Of a stretch of DNA of 46,895 nucleotides, positions 44,065-46,895 are shown in pieces (position 1 is the first letter of the stretch; every line of letters starts with the position of its first letter). The position numbers and the translations under genes are program-made. Source of the DNA: a virus (Duplodnaviria > Caudoviricetes). Where the stretch lies: IMG/VR virus record IMGVR_UViG_3300044769_000044, positions 1 through 46,895 of that record; one strand, 5' to 3'. The notes beneath the pieces are model-generated. The model searched no databases, was not told the DNA's origin, and saw only the letters and a program-made list of their open reading frames with translations.

Positions 44065-44301
44065 TCACTTTCGTGGCTCCTCGTCTGAGGGTGATCGAGG
44101 GGGATCAGGTAGCGGCATCCAGTGAGACGGTTCGCGCGAAAGAATCGAGGCGTTCCACAGCGTCCTCCATCGTGTCCAACCGCTAGCCTGATCCGATTGC
44201 GTGGTCACGTATTCGACGATGACAGCCCCAAGGCTCGTCGACCACACAAGGATCGATTCGCCATTCCTCGGCGCTGTTGCTATCAATTGCCATTCACTCA
44301 T
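44065..44301 (-). CDS. DUF551-family protein
   Basis: WQLIATAPRNG...PSHWMPLPDPP. Confidence 0.8.
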   Translation of the reverse strand: MSEWQLIATAPRNGESILVWSTSLGAVIVEYVTTQSDQASGWTRWRTLWNASILSREPSHWMPLPDPPRSPSDEEPRK

Positions 44302-44341
44302 GCGCGTCTCGCCTTCTCTGGGCCTAAAATTATTCTCTTGT

Positions 44342-44624
44342 CGCGCGTGGTCAGTCCGAGCTGGCCTCAGCTTGGGGATCTACCTCGTCCACCGACAGAG
44401 CTTTCTTCAGCATCGAAATCAGGCGCTCAGCCCCAGAGCGTGTCATCTGAAACGATACCGACACGCCTTCGAACGACAACGTCACGTCCAGCCCACCGAC
44501 GTGCGGCATCGGCTCGATCTCGACATCCACTGTGCTACGTTCTGCAATCATCACCATCGAATCACCTCGTTGTGTGCTGCGGTAGATCCTGTCCCTCGGT
44601 CTTTGCACGAGCCGTCCACGCGCG
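44342..44624. mobile_element. Putative cassette E3 bounded by inward-facing bipartite repeats
   Basis: CGCGCGTGGTC-N23-GGATCTACCTC (+) and CGCGCGTGGAC-N24-GGATCTACCGC (-) around one gene. Confidence 0.55.
44351..44557 (-). CDS. Hypothetical protein (cargo of E3)
   Basis: GAGGTG RBS at the inner edge of the element end. Confidence 0.6.
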   Translation of the reverse strand: MVMIAERSTVDVEIEPMPHVGGLDVTLSFEGVSVSFQMTRSGAERLISMLKKALSVDEVDPQAEASSD

Positions 44625-44677
44625 TGAAATCTGTCTGCTGTCGCCTCATAACGCCTGCCCTCTCGCTCGCTGGAGCG

Positions 44678-45052
44678 TCACACGGCCAACTTGTCCGATC
44701 GTGACCCCACTCGCCCCGACTTCCACCGATTCAATTCGTAATGCACGCCGCGGGTGTACGCCCGTCGATACACGTTCAGCATCGCCTTGTGGAGGTCGTT
44801 GCGCGTGATCGGCCGGCCGAGCCCTTCGAGCGCGTCGATCTCGCCCTGCACGAACGCGCGGACCCGCTCGTGGTAGGTCTGCCGATACCGTGCCCGCGCC
44901 CGTTCGAGATAGGCGCGCCGCTGCTCGGCGTCCACGCGCGTGTAAGCGCCACAGGCCCGACTGCACGTCTTCGACCACGGGTGCTTGATCGGATTGATCT
45001 GGCACACCGGGCAGAGCGTCCCGACACGTGAGCGGTCCCACTTACGCTTCAT
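44678..45052 (-). CDS. Hypothetical zinc-finger protein
   Basis: CPVC...TCSRAC. Confidence 0.6.
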   Translation of the reverse strand: MKRKWDRSRVGTLCPVCQINPIKHPWSKTCSRACGAYTRVDAEQRRAYLERARARYRQTYHERVRAFVQGEIDALEGLGRPITRNDLHKAMLNVYRRAYTRGVHYELNRWKSGRVGSRSDKLAV

Positions 45053-45594
45053 CGCTCGGCCTGCCCTCTCGTGACCTGTTGCGCTCGCGCCTTTCGGCGT
45101 AGGACGTCGGGATTCGTATCCGCACACGGGCAGCGATCGACCCACTCGTGCTCGTAGCCGCCGCGCCGCAACTTCTCGCAGTTGACCGTGTGACACCGCG
45201 CGACCTTCAGCCACGGCATCCGCGTCGACGGCGCATCGCCGCACCAGTACGACCGGCGCCCGGTGTCCGAACAGTCTTCGCAAAAATATTTCCATTCGCG
45301 GGAAAACGTATGCGACTCGCCGTACGGCGTCACGATCGTCCGCGGCTCGGCCGGTGTCTCTCGGCTCAGGTCTTCCGGGGGCACCGGGAGATCGCGGCGA
45401 TACTCGTCCACGAAGGCGCGGAGCATTTTCGGGGCTGGGAACTCGTCACACTCGCGCTGGGCGCGCTCCACGGCGGCGACCAACTCGGCGTCGTCGAGAT
45501 CGCTGAGGGCCTCCCAATGCGTCTGGAGATTGGCCGGCTTGAACTTCAACCCGTCAAGACGATCCATCGTCCGCGTGAAGGCGGCGAAGGTCAT
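45049..45594 (-). CDS. Replication accessory protein (loader/inhibitor-like + Zn)
   Basis: W..L.DL......AV.......FP.P; CEDCSDTG, RCPC; follows initiator. Confidence 0.6.
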   Translation of the reverse strand: MTFAAFTRTMDRLDGLKFKPANLQTHWEALSDLDDAELVAAVERAQRECDEFPAPKMLRAFVDEYRRDLPVPPEDLSRETPAEPRTIVTPYGESHTFSREWKYFCEDCSDTGRRSYWCGDAPSTRMPWLKVARCHTVNCEKLRRGGYEHEWVDRCPCADTNPDVLRRKARAQQVTRGQAER

Positions 45595-46340
45595 GACACG
45601 GCCTCGCTCGGTGGTTTCCAGCCGCCCCACCGCTCCTTGGGCGGGTCCAACTTCGTGCGCCACTGCTGCTCGGTGAGCCACTTGAGCATCGACGGGACGC
45701 GCTTCGCGACGGCCCATTGCTCAGACTTGGCGTGGTTCTCAAGCGCGGCCATGATGGCGTCCACCGTGACGACGCCGCTCGTAACTGCTTGAAAAAACAA
45801 CTGCTCGGCCTGCGGCCCACCGCGACGACCCTGGTCCGGGTACGCTTGCTGAAACTTGAAAAAGGAAACGTCGATCTCCTCAACAGCAGAACCAGAACCA
45901 GCAACAGAGACAGAACCAATTGGGTTCGCTGTCTGCTTGACGTCTGCTTGACTGCCTGCTGTAGCAGAGTGCTTGCGTCGTGCTTCAGCAGATGCTTGGC
46001 CGCCGATCGACCCGGCGTGGCGTTTGTCGTCCTTGCCAGCGCGCACCTGTTCGGCTGACTTGTTGTGCTTCAGGTAGTCGTGGACCATCCATCCGCTTTC
46101 AACCTTTTCCCAGAGCGCGGCCGCGACGAGATGCTCCGCCAGCCGCCGCGCGTTCTTCACTGGGAAGTAGTCGACGGCCGCGTCGGGAATAAACCCATTG
46201 GTCAGCCCGCGCTGGCAGTAGCAGAGTCCGCACACCCAGAGCCACGACGGGGCGGGCCCGGCCTTCAAGAACTTGTGATTCTCCGGGACGCTACACTCCA
46301 CCTTGACGTAAATCACTCGCTCCCCCGTTTCAGCCGCCAC
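45591..46340 (-). CDS. Replication initiator (replisome organizer-like)
   Basis: N-terminal winged helix (LW..GL.YC...TNGFIP, GW.VHDY), low-complexity linker, F..F..AYP...WL...W C-domain. Confidence 0.75.
   Translation of the reverse strand: MAAETGERVIYVKVECSVPENHKFLKAGPAPSWLWVCGLCYCQRGLTNGFIPDAAVDYFPVKNARRLAEHLVAAALWEKVESGWMVHDYLKHNKSAEQVRAGKDDKRHAGSIGGQASAEARRKHSATAGSQADVKQTANPIGSVSVAGSGSAVEEIDVSFFKFQQAYPDQGRRGGPQAEQLFFQAVTSGVVTVDAIMAALENHAKSEQWAVAKRVPSMLKWLTEQQWRTKLDPPKERWGGWKPPSEAVS
45884..45999. repeat. Putative origin iterons inside initiator
   Basis: Five TGCTT boxes plus CAGAAC-like hexamer run. Confidence 0.5.
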
Positions 46341-46366
46341 TACATGACGGCCTCACCTACACGGCC

Positions 46367-46895
46367 TTACTGGCATTCCCCAATGACTTCGCGTTCCAAC
46401 GCCCAGTACTTATCGTCGTCGCCGCGCACCTCACCGAGCAGAGCGACGATCCACCACCGCTCGCCTTGCCACTTCGTTGGGATGCGCGTGGCGTGAAGCT
46501 GGCCGCGCCCGCACTTGTCGCGCAGCGGACCGCGTTCGCGTTGCACCATCCCAGGCACAACAGGCGCACAGGAACCACCATTCGACGGCCGCCCGTCCGC
46601 GTCTGATCGCCAGAACGCGAGCATCGCGCCTGACGATTCCAACGCGCACGCGCGCACCCGTTGCGCGTCTGGGAGTCGCGCCACGAACGACCGGAGCGCC
46701 GCAAGCCAGTACTCGCCTGAGCCGGAGCCGTAGCCGTAGCCGGAGCCGTCGCCGTAGCCGGAGCCGTAGCCGTAGCCGTAGCCGGAGCCGTAGCCGTAGC
46801 CGGAGCCGTCGCCGTCGCCGTCGCCGTAGCCGGAGCCGTAGCCGGAGCCGGAGCCGTAGCCGGAGCCGTCGCCGTAGCCGGAGCCGTAGCCGGAG
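46367..46895 (-). CDS. 3' part of Gly-X repeat protein with globular C-domain
   Basis: (GY/GS/GD)n then EYWLAAL...CGRGQLHAT...; in frame with 1-195. Confidence 0.8.
   Translation of the reverse strand, partial: SGYGSGYGDGSGYGSGSGYGSGYGDGDGDGSGYGYGSGYGYGYGSGYGDGSGYGYGSGSGEYWLAALRSFVARLPDAQRVRACALESSGAMLAFWRSDADGRPSNGGSCAPVVPGMVQRERGPLRDKCGRGQLHATRIPTKWQGERWWIVALLGEVRGDDDKYWALEREVIGECQ

Larger units (their letters stand above)
43096..44090. mobile_element. Moron flanked by 15-bp direct repeats
   Basis: GCTCCTCGTCTGAGG at 43096-43110 and 44076-44090. Confidence 0.55.

Noticed and set aside
40779-44624. Repeats as CRISPR mini-array or true integron attC sites
   Set aside because: Spacing is hundreds of bp with alternating orientation; no RYYYAAC/GTTRRRY boxes, cas genes or integron integrase
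44930-44940. Extra GTCCACGCGCG half-motif (weaker ones near 44005 and 4515)
   Set aside because: Second arm absent at the expected distance; plausible by chance in GC-rich DNA
46769-46895. 127-bp terminal repeat as a biological DTR
   Set aside because: Length matches a common assembly k-mer and it falls mid-gene in a simple repeat

Overview
The window looks like a complete, circularly assembled, GC-rich tailed phage genome of about 46.8 kb. Bases 1-127 equal 46769-46895, and one gene reads in frame across that join. Almost all genes are on the - strand. The virion module is P22-like (podovirus): TerS/TerL, portal, scaffold, coat, gp4/gp10-like tail hub, ejection proteins and a tailspike. It also has a long accessory structural block, a lysis cassette with an L,D-transpeptidase-fold (Tlde1/DUF2778-like) lysin, a CI/Cro-like divergent switch, Sak4-like ATPase plus exonuclease, two DNA methyltransferases, a replication initiator and one atypical tRNA. 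I recognise no integrase or ParA, but there is a parS-like palindrome. The most unusual signal is a family of seven ~45-65 bp bipartite DNA elements. Six form three inward-facing pairs that bracket small cargo segments at 40.8-44.6 kb, two with 5-6 bp flanking direct repeats, suggesting an undescribed non-autonomous gene-cassette or mini-mobile system. Other highlights are a likely programmed -1 frameshift in a secreted FnIII-like protein, a W-x-P-x-Y-P-D-R repeat scaffold protein, and a moron flanked by 15-bp direct repeats. All family assignments come from motifs read by eye; no searches were run.
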